From contig OZ024742.1 of assembly GCA_964016885.1 (NCBI GenBank), positions 296,608,001-296,672,000 of the forward strand: DNA of 64,000 bases, read 5' to 3'. Under the pieces are notes generated by a model. It saw nothing but the letters and a program-made list of their open reading frames with translations. It was not told the origin of the DNA and ran no database searches. Shown one piece after another: positions 40,990 to 53,608 of this stretch (positions within the stretch are counted from its first letter, which is position 1; the number at the start of each line of letters is the position of its first letter). The translations under genes and the position numbers were made by a program. Source of the stretch: Eledone cirrhosa. Its lineage: Eukaryota.

Positions 40990-41373
40990 CTGACTATAAA
41001 AAATAGTCTCATAAGTTGAGCATATAAACCATGAAGATGAAAAAAAAATGTGTACAGCATTGCTCTAAGAACTCAAACTCACATCTACTATATACCATTA
41101 AGCTGTGCTTACTATCTATATAAGATGCTTCCTTCAAATTCATACTTCCTATCACTCAACGATTCTGAAAATAGATTAGTTACATCTACTGTCTGTAATA
41201 TATAAGGCTGAATACAACAGAAAAATGTGTCGGTGTTGCTCTAGTGTAAATGATAAGCCCAGATAAATGGTAAAATACAGATGTGGGTTCAAGTCCCATG
41301 GTTTGTGCTTTACACATTTTTTCTGTCTTCAGGTTTTATATGCCAAACTTATAAGACTATTTTTCATCGTCAG
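40990..41373. mobile_element. Old TIR element (~70-bp degenerate inverted repeats)
   Basis: aaaatagtctcataagttgagcatataaaccatgaag.. pairs with cttcaggttttatatgccaaacttataagactatttt. Confidence 0.55.
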
Positions 41374-42421
41374 ACCACATTGATGCTTCTTTCAAATTCA
41401 CTATGTGTGTGTGTTTGTATATTCACTATGTGTGTGTGTTTGTATACATATGCATATAGACACACACACACAGCATTAAAACCTCAATTCAGTATATCAA
41501 AGTAGATTTACATATGTAATGGCTGAGATGGACATATTTCAAAGATATATATTCTTGTTGTGGAATAAATTGTATGGGTGCATCCCCAACTCTCACTAAA
41601 ATGGAGACAGTAATGGAAAGACAAGTTAACAATTCTTTAATCATAATTCCTCATCTTTTTCTTTCCACATTCCTTCTTCAGAAAGAACACATGGAGCTTA
41701 AACAGTTTTTTCTAGCCTTCCTATTAGCTGCAGTAATACTATGAGTGAGTTGGTTGGCCTCAAAAATTATGAGCGGGAAACTGCCATGCCCCTTATGTCA
41801 TGTGATTGAGTGTGCATTTCTTCACCACTTTTTTCTCCTTTCTTAAAAATATATATATATATATAAATTGTGTTTATTTGTACTTATTTCAAAATCAGTA
41901 TTCAAACTTCGATCTGACATGTACTCCCCTTCAAAATCGTTATTTTCAATGATTAAACTGGTTTTCAAAATCAAAGAAAAACAAAATTTAAATGTTTAAT
42001 TTTTATGTTGTGTTACGATTAAAAAGAATTTGTGGTTGTCAAACTAGCAGGAATATATTGCAATAGACTGTTATTTTCTTGGCAGAATTAGTGTACTTAA
42101 GTGGAATCTGATGTGGAATAATAATTCTGAAGCCAGCCTTGCTGTTACATATGGTATATTGCCAAGAATTTGGGCTGTAGCTACGATGTTCAGTTTATAG
42201 AAAAATTATATGTTTTAACCAGTATTGACAGTACGACTGAAACCTCAGATTTCAATAAATGATACATTTCGCTACATGTATTGAGAACTTTTTTCTATGT
42301 AAATCCAAACACTCACACACAAATACACATACACGCATATGTTAATGTATGATGTGTGTGTAGATTTACATAAAATAGAAAAAGTTTTCAATAAGTGTAA
42401 TAAAGTTTATAAATTTGCATA

Positions 42422-42471
<50 letters not shown>

Positions 42472-42526
42472 ATTCAATGATGATAAATTGACACCACATT
42501 CCTACTCATTATATATACATATATAA

Positions 42527-42708
42527 GCTCCCAGTCCACACTATAACTGTGGTTGGTGTTAGGAAGGGCATCCAACCGTAGAAAACCTGCCGGATAGTCC
42601 TATACAAGCGAGACATGGTCACCCGACTAATCTTACCTCAAATGGGACAATTTCCGTCTAACCCATGCTAGCATGGAAGATAGACATTAAATGATGATGA
42701 TGATGATG

Positions 42709-42710
<2 letters not shown>
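42527..42710 (+). mobile_element. RTE-PHD LINE 3' tail only
   Basis: Matches 39709-39876; between (TA)n tracts. Confidence 0.85.
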
Positions 42711-42760
<50 letters not shown>

Positions 42761-42765
<5 letters not shown>

Positions 42766-44577
42766 TGTTTAAGACCCCGATGGCAGAGCTCAAGCCGTTT
42801 CGACGGCTATTGATCTGTACTACCCACACAGGAAACCAAACGACAACCTTCACTACATCCACCACCGCTCTAACCATCCTAGAAACATCACCAATAACCT
42901 GGTTAAAAACATCTCCCTCTGGATATCTCGTTTGTCCGCTAATGAGCAGATATTTGATGAACATGCGCCTTATTACAACCAGGCCCTCAAGCGAAGCGGC
43001 TTTTGGGAGGAAATCTCCTTTTATCTAGCTTCTCCTAGTGGAACTAGCAGGCGACGCCACCGTTCACACCACATAACATGGTTCAACCCTCCCCATAATT
43101 CAAAGGCTGCAACACCAATTGGGAAAATCTTCTTTAGGCTCCTTGAAAAACATTTCCCACTGCAACACCGCTACTACAACATAATCAACAAAAACACTAT
43201 GAAACTCTCCTACAGCACCACACCCAACTTCGCACAAAACATCGCCTCCCCAAACAACAAGAAACTCAACTCCTATGGAAGAAACAACCTAGACATTTGT
43301 GGAGAGCCAACCAAGAGGTATAACTGCCTGTTAGATCTACATGGCCCCTCAACAACAGATGCCGGGAATGTAACGTGATCTACCAATGCAACGTGAGGAC
43401 GGAAAACTCCAACAAAGCCTATATAGGATTAACCGCTTGTGACTTTAAGACCCGGCTCTACCAACACCAACATACGTTCAGAAACCCAGCCCAGCAACAT
43501 ACCACTACACTTTCGGGCCACATCTGGGACCGCCAAGATAACAACATAACATACCATCTTACTTGGAGCTTACGTTCCAGGGCTAACTCCTACACGGGAG
43601 GACGCCGGCCGTGTAACTTCTCGGAAGAAACAATACAAATGCTGTTTACGAAGGACCAACTCCTAAACAAAAAAGATGAACTTGTAACCGCATGTAAACA
43701 CCGATTGCGTAGGACTTACCTCACCCTCAAACCCCCTTATGACCCAGGTGGGTAGACAATGGCTGTAACATCCTTCTTTTCCCCACTTGCCAGACATAAT
43801 AGGGGAAACCCCAGCATAGATAGATATATGTACTTCTTTTCTCCCTTTATCTCTTCTTCTCACTTCCTTCCACCCTCTCTCCTCTTCCTTTTCCTTTTTC
43901 CTCTTTCGGTTACCTTGAGGCAGCCCATAGGGCTTTTATAGCCTCAGTACCCCCACCCCAGTAAATTTTATATAGCATTGGCAGAAAACGCAATACCAGC
44001 TAAAAATATAGCAGCTGTTTTAGACTCTATTTTTTTTTTATTATTTCATTTTTTAATATTATTTTTATTTATTATTTTTTTATTTTTTTTATTTTTTTAT
44101 TTTTTTATTTCAATTTATTAACTTTTTAATTTTTTAATTTTATAACTTCCCCTCTCAGATTCCTCTATAATTTTTTTTCGCCTGCTTTCTAGCTAGCCTA
44201 ATTTCATCCACACTCCTTAGAATTTGTTGTATAGAATTCACTTTCAACGCTTGACCGACTCCACACACTCCCTCATTGTTCTACAGGCAAGTTCAGCCAC
44301 CCACCCACTGCCATGAAAGATTTAATTGTGTTTACAAGAAATTTTGACCAATCCTTTTGACAACTACAATATGGAATTACCCCTTGAAAAGTTCGGCTAT
44401 TCATTACCACGCTAAAAACTAATTTAGTCCAGAAATAGCTGTCGAAACGGCTTGAGCTCTGTCGTCGGGGTCTTGAACAATTTCCTTTTACCGACTCTAC
44501 TACCCTAAGTATTGAGTAATCTGGTGCGTTATGGTCCACCTGGTTCCTTACCACACTTCCTTTGTTATATATATAAT
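42761..44577 (+). mobile_element. 5'-truncated Penelope-like element (thumb + GIY-YIG + 3' pLTR, short inverted 5' pLTR piece)
   Basis: SNHP, APYYNQALKRSG, ITWFNPP, KLSYSTTPN, IYQC...AYIGLT..FKTRLYQH, LLNKKDELVTACKH; 42761-42811 is the reverse complement of 44434-44484; (TA)n flanks. Confidence 0.92.
44379..44471 (+). ncRNA. Degenerate type I hammerhead with long stem II
   Basis: ACCCC-uUGAAaA-g..CGGCUAUU...AAUAGCUG uc-GAAA-CGGC...GUCG-UC/GGGGU; stems intact, two core transitions. Confidence 0.6.
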
Positions 44578-44581
44578 GAAT

Positions 44582-44962
44582 AAGACACATACATAGGAGC
44601 TACAGAAAATGTCACATACAGACACACCAGTATATAAGGCTCTGAGACACTAATGTATTCACACACACTCAGACTGAAGCAATAATGTACACCTACCAAT
44701 TTCATCCCTTCAGTGCACTCGAAACCACACCCATGACTCACCTGAACCCTCCACTTTAGTCCCCATTCCCAAATGCCAAACCTCTCGTCCTACCACCCCA
44801 ACCTATCAATCTTTTTGTAACTTTCATGTAACTATCCAAACTTTTCTGATGGACCTCCGTTCGAAATATAGAACCCTCATCCTCTTTCTGTAATAAACAT
44901 GAATGTAATACAACTTTGTATTTTTGCATCACTGTGTCTGTTTAATTTTGTTTATCAACTAT
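44582..44962 (+). mobile_element. Small PLE remnant with a degenerate minimal HHR
   Basis: DTYIGATE remnant; ttt-ctgatgg-acctccgttc-gaaa-tata-gaa at 44843-44873; ends in TA-rich tract. Confidence 0.45.
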
Positions 44963-44974
44963 ATAAATATATAT

Positions 44975-45306
44975 GGAGGCACATGGCTTAGTGGTTAGGG
45001 CATTGGCCTTGCAATCGAAAGGTTGTGAGTTCAATTCTCAGACCAGGTGATGTGTTTTCCTTGAGCAAGACACTTTATTTCACATTGCTCCAGTTTACTC
45101 AGCTGTAGAAATGAGATGATAGGTTACTGGGGTCCATATCATACCACTGCAAAGTGGTCGTGGAGGTGCCACGGCAAAAAAGCACCCAGCACTCACTGTA
45201 AATGAAGTTGGTGTTAGGAAGGGCATCCAGCTGTAGAAATCAAGCCAGAATCAGTTCCCATCCCATCCTTGCAAGCAGGGAAAAGCGGACGTAAAATGAT
45301 GATGAT
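44975..45306 (+). mobile_element. Full-length SINE family A
   Basis: Near-identical to 11817-12156; A/B boxes; (GAT)n tail. Confidence 0.9.
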
Positions 45307-45326
45307 ATATATATCATATATCATAA

Positions 45327-46736
45327 TCTATAAAGCTCAGTGTATGGACATGCTCCTTTGTTATAGAAATCTACGATATAGAATTTCTTCAATTGAAATT
45401 TACAATTCAGTATTCGAAATAGCTTCGATTGCGTCTTGGCACATATACATTTTTCAATTTCACCCACAATTACGCAAAAAATAGATAAAACTCAATATTT
45501 TACGATTTTTCTCTCTCATTTAAACTGCTAAACTCTTTCCATTACCATTCAAAATCTATACAACTTCATACTTTCTGCTACTTTCTCTTTCCAAGCTTGA
45601 TGGTGATACTGTCCGTTTTACTCTCTCATATCATCTGCCTACCTCTATCTACAACCCACACATTTTGCTACTTTCTCTTTTATACTTCAAACTTACTGAT
45701 TTATTTCCAAATGCATACAAACAAACACTCACTTCAAATGATAAAAAAAACATTTAAAGCAATTAAACAACGTGCGTGATTTATAATCACACTAACTTTT
45801 AGTTGCTTCAAACTTAATGATTTATTTATAAACACATACAAACACACACTCACATAAATTGATAAAAAAAAATTTAAAGCAATTAAACAACGTGCGGGAT
45901 TTATAACCACAAGGGGAGAGAGAGAGAGAACGTTTATTATTACATAAAGTACCAATAATGTACTGGGTAATTGCTGGCCTTGTGCCAAAAAAGTAGAAAC
46001 AATTATTACATTTCATACGAAACGACAATTATTCAAAAGCAACAGATACATTTATTCAACAACAAGCGATAAATCTTTTTTAAAACCTCTCAACGAACGT
46101 GGATTCTTACAGACTTTGAGTCGAATCGGTTTGAAATTGTGTAAATGTATAAACATGGAACATGTGCACACACCCAACAACAACAATCTGCCTTTTATAG
46201 ATAATGATAAACAATAATATCCTCTCTGAGGTCATTAAACCTGCTAGAAACAGCAGCTAACTCTCCCCCATACCACACCCCTCCCTACTGTCTTAAATTT
46301 AGAAAACATATCTTCTATGAGGTCACTAAACCTGCTAGAAACAGCAGCTAACTCTCCCCCATATCACACCACTCCCTACTGTCTTAAATTTAGAAAACAC
46401 ATATCCTCTATGAGGTCACTAAACCTGCTAGAAACAACAGCTAACTCTCCCTCATATCAGAACCCTCCCTACTGTCTTAAATTTAGAAAACACACAGACA
46501 ACCATGCAGAACAACTCCATCGCAGCTCTGTTGTTCGGCTGGCATCGTCTACGCGCGTGTTGCGCAAGTACTGTGAAACAATAAATTTCAACACTTTTTT
46601 GCACAGAGATAATATCCATAGGCGAAACTACAATTGTCACTGCTGGCGCAGATAAAAAAGTGCTGCCATAAAATGGGTGGTGCAACCTAACTTTGGTAAC
46701 TTAATGACCCCGAGCAACGCCGGGCTTTAATGCTAG
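45327..46736 (+). mobile_element. Non-autonomous Helitron-like composite
   Basis: 5' a-TCtataaag; 3' hairpin cccgagcaacgccggg then CTAG-t; internal ~118-bp duplication (45715-45910), SINE tail and 92-bp tandem; may be more than one element. Confidence 0.6.
46217..46493 (+). repeat. Tandem repeat, 3 x ~92 bp
   Basis: Unit atatcctct.tgaggtca.taaacctgctagaaacagcagctaactctccc...ccctactgtcttaaatttagaaaac at 46217, 46308, 46401. Confidence 0.92.
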
Positions 46737-46743
46737 TATATAT

Positions 46744-47144
46744 ATAAAAGGTGCATCAGTTTTTTGAGGACACCTCTTTCTTGAGCTCTAACTTTCTTAT
46801 TACTATTTTTTTAAAATATAAATAAAGCCAGACACTAAATTGACTCAGCAAGTGAAAAGGCATGCGGTAACCATTGTCTTAGAAGCACAGCATAGTGATA
46901 CAGTGATAGCTTCCTTCTTGAAAGTTACCCAATCTTTCATTGTAAAAGTTAAAAGGGATCTAGAAGCTGCTGATGGGGATTCAACAGCGAAGCAGAAATC
47001 ACAAGGTCCTAATACAATCAGATCTCCTAAGTTTGTAAAAATAATTTTAAAATGAATCAATAAATCCCTAGGAAAGTCAATCAGAGCCATCAGAAGAGTT
47101 GTCAATGAAGGCATCCGATACAAGTCATATGTGATGTGGAGAGG
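46744..47144 (+). mobile_element. Tc1/mariner-superfamily transposon 5' fragment (HTH region)
   Basis: QQVKRHAVTIVLEAQHSDTVIASFLKVTQSFIVKVKRDL...IRSPKFV...P.KSIRA...VVNEGIRYKSY; cut by a SINE at 47146. Confidence 0.7.
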
Positions 47145-47145
47145 C

Positions 47146-47275
47146 CACTTTACGATCTGAGTTCAAATCTCGCCGAGGTTGACTTTGCCTTTCATCCTTA
47201 CGAGGTCGATAAAATAAAGTACCAGTAATGCACTGGGTAATTGCTGGCTTTGTGCCTAAAGTAGAAACAATTATT
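47146..47275 (+). mobile_element. SINE family B (young, 5'-truncated)
   Basis: Near-identical to 57107-57236. Confidence 0.88.
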
Positions 47276-47452
47276 TAACGTCCATTTCTTTCATGCTGGT
47301 ATATGTTGGTTGGGGGTCAAGTCTCACATACATGCGTTCAATATTTAGGTCAGTTTCTACAGTTGTATGCCTTTTCTATCACTAACCACCTCACAGAGTA
47401 TATAGTGTGCATTTTATCATGGCACCTGCAGTACCTGGCATTATTGGGTGCA

Positions 47453-47668
47453 TTAACCCTTTAACATTTACATTACTATTGTATTTTGATGGTAAATGCA
47501 TTATCTCATATAATTATCTCACATAATATCGATTCTACGAAATTTTCTTGATGACATTATACATTTTGGTATAAACGTTGTTATAAATGACCAGTTTTGG
47601 CTGGTTTGAATAGAAAGAGGTGAGAGAATTCTGGCCAGATATGGCCGGTTTAAAAGCTAAAGGGTTAA
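47453..47668 (-). mobile_element. piggyBac-type MITE
   Basis: TTAA-ccctttaacattta...aaagctaaaggg-TTAA. Confidence 0.85.
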
Positions 47669-50039
47669 TACATATAATACATATAGTCATATGAATTCAC
47701 AATATTTTGGATTAAAAAAATGTTAATGAAACTGGCACTCTTCAGTTGCTCTGGTTTACTGATTCACTCAGAATTGTTACATCTAAGCTATTCAAAAGTT
47801 TGTTTATGTTGAACCTAAAATAAAAACTTCATCTTATATCATTTTTTTTTCAATTTCTTTGAAAACACTTTATTTAAAAAAACATGCTGCAATAATTTAC
47901 ATAATTACTTTAAATGAATTACTTTTCTAATCAGTAACTTTAACTTTGCTCAATGTCTATTGCCATGCTGGGGTAGATAACATTTATGTTTTGTTGTTTT
48001 GTTGTTGTTGTTTTATTTTTGGCATAATCAAAAAAGAATATATCTGCTGTTTCTACAGTGCAGCATAAAGTTTACAGAACAAGTTGTGTTGTGGTTTTCA
48101 CAGGTGTTTAGATTAAATCTCTTTGACCCTTTCATTACCATATTTTTAATGAATGATAGTGTCTATGATTTGTAAATCATTTTGAAAATAATCAAGGATA
48201 TAGGAGGGTTTTAAATAAAATGTTTACAAACATTTTTCATGATCTTTAATCTTTAATCTATAGGAATAAAACACCCACAATTGATACAGACTCACAGATT
48301 CACCTGATTAATATGTGGGATCGACATTTTGCCTGGATTTAGAATAAATAACTTTCTCATTGGTATGTGAGTTTTTCAAACATAATTTAAGCCTTTTGAC
48401 ACTACACAACCTGAAACCACCAAATCTGTTTATTTTAAAGTATTTGTGTAAACATGTTCCATCATAATTTTATGTAAGAATTTTTGATAAATTATGTTCA
48501 AAATAATGTGATAGTTAGTTATATTACTAAATCCCTACAAATTCTTGATTATTTTCAATATTATTTGAAAATCCTAGGCAATGTCTTTCCTGATAAATAT
48601 AAGAGCAAAAGGGTTTACAAAGCTTTTTACGTGAATATAAACACTTTAATATAAATAGCATTGTATCAGAGAACCAAAAGCAGTTTAATGTGGTTTGGTA
48701 CCAAAATGGTTAATCACTCTTCTATGTTGTGGAACACATCTCTCTAAGAAGAGAGACTAAGATCTACAACCATATTTCTTGATCTTTACTATAAATACTC
48801 CCAGACTCACCTGATTAATAGTTGGGACCCACTTTTTCCTTAACATTAGTAGCAATGTAAATACTAAGTTAGTTAGCATGACATTTTAGTTTCTCATTTC
48901 TTAGGTTATATCAGTTATCTTCATATTCACTAATAACTCCAGTTTGATATTCGATGATTCTGCAATATAATCTTTTAATATTGCAGCTAACTTTGGTGAT
49001 ATCCTTGCCATTTAGTTTTATAACATTAACACATGAGTAAGAAGAGGATATGAAGCTCTTTCAGAAATCATTTAATCCTCTTAGAATGCAGATCAGCATA
49101 TCATCATGTTTCTAATTGGAAATCTAAATTCAATTATCTTATTCATGTTAAAGAACATACCCATTACTTCAGAATCAATATTATCACTAGTACTATTTGT
49201 AAGGCTGCAAAGTGGCAGAGTTGTGAGAACATCAGATAAAATGGTTTATAGTATTTGTTCTGACCCTTCCACTCTAAGTTCAAATCGTGTCAAAGTCAAC
49301 TTTGCTTTTCATCTTCTTGAGGTTGATAAATAAATTACTGGTCCAGATCAATCAAAATATTGTTAATATGGGGTTGATTATTGGAGGTTTCTGTTTATGT
49401 TTAGACCCAGGCCAGGCAGTTCTAATCAAACAGACCTATGAGCAAATTCTTTCTAAACATAACCATCCTAATTTTGGTGTTTCTCCACAATCCCATTTCC
49501 AGTTGGTCTATATGCTGCTCTGAAGAAGCTGCTTACATTCTACTAATGAAACATCTCCTTGAGCAACTCTGTACAAAACGCAGTTTATTGTCCATCAATG
49601 ACTCATCCAGAAGGCCCCTCCAAAAAAATGTCTTCCAGCACACATACAATTTCATCTGCAGTCTCCATCTTTATTTCCCATCCATATTGTCATCTTCCCT
49701 CGTCTATCAAGAGGTACATTTTCTGGTGGTAGTGTGTCAAACACAAATAAAGATTTTCAGTTGCATTCAACCAGAATTTTAAACATCTTAGGCACACCGG
49801 AAGCAGTGTCAATGGACTGACACGTATTTCAGCTCCTGACCACCTTCTCGATGCTCTGTCTAGTCTAGATGAAAGCAGAGTGGACTTTAGCAGGATTTGA
49901 ACTCAGAGTATAAATGCTCTAACAACTCTGCCAAATCCACCATTTTAACTGCCTAATAAGTAGAATAATTCATTGACAAACATTAAAAAAATAATTAATT
50001 AATATTAGTTCTAAACAAAATATTTCTGGCAGTATCTAA

Positions 50040-50190
50040 CTCGCTTGGGGGTCCATCCATATCAGTTGGAAAAGGTTGCTTACGACAGGACCTGCTGGAA
50101 GGAGTGTTTGAGGACTCTGCCTCTATGACCCTCTTAGGAATAAGTGGGCGCAGAAGAAGAAGAAGAAGAAGAAGAAGAAGAAGAAGAAGA
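50040..50190 (+). mobile_element. RTE (Expander-like) LINE extreme 3' end with (GAA)n tail
   Basis: LGVHPYQLEKVAYDRTCWKECLRTLP; TSD atctaa (50034-50039 / 50191-50196). Confidence 0.7.
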
Positions 50191-50353
50191 ATCTAAATGT
50201 TGTACTGATTCTAAGAGTATCTCTGAGGTTCAATGTACTCCAAAATACTCTCTCACTAGGCGTGAAAACCATGCATCTTTAAACATTAACAAACATAATT
50301 GAATAATCTTTGTGCTTTCCAAAACATTTCTGGTACCATTAAATTGTCTTACT

Positions 50354-50523
50354 TAAGGATGAAAGGCAAAGTCAACCTCGGCGGGATTTGAACTCAGATC
50401 CCTTTACGATCTGAGTTCAAATCCCGCCGAGGTTGACTTTGCCTTTCATCCTTACGGGGTCGATAAAATAAAGTACCAGTAATGCACTGGGTAATTGCTG
50501 GCCTTGTGCCTAAAGTAGAAACA
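50354..50523 (+). mobile_element. SINE family B with a perfect 5' fold-back duplication
   Basis: 50354-50400 is the exact reverse complement of 50408-50454; 16-bp TSD attaaattgtcttact. Confidence 0.92.
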
Positions 50524-51409
50524 ATTAAATTGTCTTACTCAAAATAACTGATTAATCTTAGTGCTTAGAAAGTAATTTCTGGCACCATCAAACTATCTTA
50601 CTAACTCTAAGAGTATCACTAAGGTAAAATGTACTACAAAATATTCCTACACCAGTTGTGAGCAATAAGAAGCTAATGAAAAGGAATAAAACAATGAAAA
50701 AAGAAAATACAAAACACTACACATTTTTATCACAACCTATTCATTACTCATCTAATTTAACATTTCTTCATCTTTTTATCTTCTTTCTATTGCACAGCAG
50801 TTAATCTAAAATGTAGAATATGGTGAGATTTGATCAAAGAAGTAAAAGATATCTTTGTACTACAAAGATATCTTTATAACTTTTATCAATCGATTATATT
50901 TTCTCTTTCCTGCTTATCTGAATAATAAATATGATCACCTGTGTATTATTATTGTCACAGAGTCTTTGCAATAATATCAAGTAAAGAAATATAGCATAAA
51001 ATAAAGATTGTTAAAAAAATACAAAAATTGAAAAACCAAAGATCAAAAGTAATGTCGAAGGGAGACAACTTACAAACACAGAGTCACACACAACCAGACA
51101 CACACACTGCCACACACAACCACACACACAGTCACACACAAAAATTCACACATACAACGGCCCACATACAGCTACACACACATACACAGACATAGCTTTG
51201 CACCTACACAAACATCTACATACACACACAACTACACATACACAAAACATAACTACTAACACACACACACACATACACATACACAGCTGCATATTGATGC
51301 ATGCACAGATAATGAATATGATTCTATTAATCCAAGATGGTCATGGCTGGAATGCCTTTTATTATAAGCCAGCCTTAATAATCTGTAGCTAAACCACAAG
51401 TACTTTAAT

Positions 51410-51630
51410 AATTGTTTCTACTTTAGGCACAAGGCCAGCAATTTGAAGGGGAGGGGAAAGTCGATTAAATTGATCCGATTTCTTACTGGTACTTTATTTT
51501 ATTGACACCGTAAGAATGAAAGGCAAAGCTAACCTCAGTGGGATTTGAACTCAGAACGTAAAGGGCCGTAACTCTAAGCAATGAAGCATGGTGTCTGACA
51601 CTCTACCGATACTGCCAATCCACCACCTTT
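51410..51630 (-). mobile_element. SINE family B, near full length
   Basis: Family B motifs including head ggtggtggattggcagtatcggtagag on the minus strand. Confidence 0.85.
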
Positions 51631-53124
51631 AAGTACTTTAATGATGGTTTCTGATTTAAGCACAAGGCCAACAATTTTTAGGGGAAGGAGGGTGATTAAA
51701 TCAACTCCAGTGCATTACTGGTACTTTATTGTATTGACCTATATGGATGAAAGTACTTTAGTTATAATCTTTATTTTTACATTACTTTGCACAACACTGC
51801 ATACCTCAATGGAGGAAGCATAGAGTAACAGCTGTAAATAACTGAAACAACATTTCTGTGGATGGAATGCTGCATCACATCCTGAACGCCTGCAGGATTA
51901 TTGGTTTGTCAGATAATAAAAATAGAGAGGATGTAAACATCACTCTGGCTCTGTGAAGGTCATAGAGAGTGCAATGTTCACCCAGGTGAATGATGAATTT
52001 CAGCATGGAATGAGGGTGTGTGAGATGATCTTTAAATCAGGGAATGAGAGGAGGTGGGGTTTATCAGGTTATAGGCGCCTTGTTGGAAGTATGGGGACTG
52101 TGATGTCACATGAGCAGAAGTGCATTCAGCAACAGGGCTTGCTTCTTCTATAGCATGAGTCTTTCTCTCCCTCATCCAGCATAGAGTGTGGACATGTCTG
52201 TGGATGAGCTTTAGGTAGTCCTATTGATTTCTGATCAGCATCTGAGTAGCTAGAGTTTTCATAGATATGTGCTGCAGGATAAGAGTAATGATTAGGGCAG
52301 GACCAGCAAGGTAAACATATTTATTTTACCCATTTCACAGTATATATTATCAAATAATACTCAAGTGCAACTGGATGAGTTGAGAAGCTGACCATATCTG
52401 CTCACCACTGCATGGGTATGTAAAACCTTTAGCAAAAACATAGTACATGCTATTAAGTCATATTTGAATGAGAGATGTAGTATTGTAAAATTTAGATATT
52501 GAAATTCAACTGCCATTATCTAAATTCAACTGTTACCACAATAAAATGCACCCTCTTAATGCTGTAAATTGGTAGTGTTTGTGCCATGATAAAATGCAGC
52601 TAGTGCACTCTGTAAAGTTGTCATGTTGTTGCCTCAATACAATGTATCCAGTGCTATGACAAAAGGCAGCTAGAACACTCTGTAAAGTAGTTGTGCTATA
52701 CCATGATAAAATGTACCTTGTACATTCTGTAAATTGGTTGGGGTTAGCATGGACATCTAGCCACAGAATGCATGCAACAACTACAGAATATAAGAGTCAA
52801 AATGTAGTTCCTGATCAATCTGGTCTTTTATCATATCTGCTTGCCACTGCATGGGTATCTGTCCAACCCATGCCAGGATGGAAAGTGGGGGTAAAATGAT
52901 GTTGACGATGATGATGATAATTCAATGCTGTTTATTTAGTTTTTAGTTTTATTTTAGTGTCTATATTTTTGTGATTAGTAATAATTAATGAAACATATAA
53001 TGTTTCTGGTGATAATTTTGGTTTTCAATATAAAATTATTTTACTGTGAATACTTTAAAATTACATGAAAATATAAAAAATATCTTTTGGTTATTATTTA
53101 AAGTTTGAAATATAAACACATTCG

Positions 53125-53412
53125 CCATCATCATCATCACCACCACCACCAGGCAATCATCATCATCATTATCATCATCATCGGCACCATCATCATTATT
53201 ACTGTCATTATCGTCATGACCATTGTCCATTATCATCATCACTACCATCATTACCATAAGAGTCATCATCATCATCACATCCATCATCTGTAGTAGTATC
53301 ATCATCATCATCATTAACATTATCACTGCCATCATCATCATCATCATAATCATCATCACCATTATCATCATCACTAATATCATCAATGTCATCATCATAC
53401 CATTATTATTAA
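53125..53412. repeat. Degenerate (CAT)n repeat
   Basis: Sequence composition. Confidence 0.92.
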
Positions 53413-53431
53413 TATAAGAAACCATTATTTC

Positions 53432-53608
53432 CAGTATCGGTAGAGGGTCGGATGCTATGCTTTGACGCATAGAGTTACGGCCCTTGCCATTCTGAGTTCA
53501 AATTTCGCAAAGGTAACTTTGCCTTTCATCCTTATGGGGTCAATAAAATAAAGTACCAGTAATACATTGGACAATTGCTGGCCTTGTGCCAAAAGTAGAA
53601 ACCATTAT
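53432..53608 (+). mobile_element. SINE family B
   Basis: Family B motifs; agaaaccattatttcca occurs on both sides (probable TSD). Confidence 0.85.

Noticed and set aside
46217-46493. Regularly spaced repeats (also the 33-bp units at 15181-15268) as a CRISPR array
   Set aside because: No unique spacers, no cas genes, eukaryotic context
51790-52330. Possible very old minus-strand PLE remnant
   Set aside because: Only faint motif echoes (PPL..FKDHL); not supportable without an alignment
53036-53470. Poly-Met/His/Ile ORFs
   Set aside because: (CAT)n repeat translations
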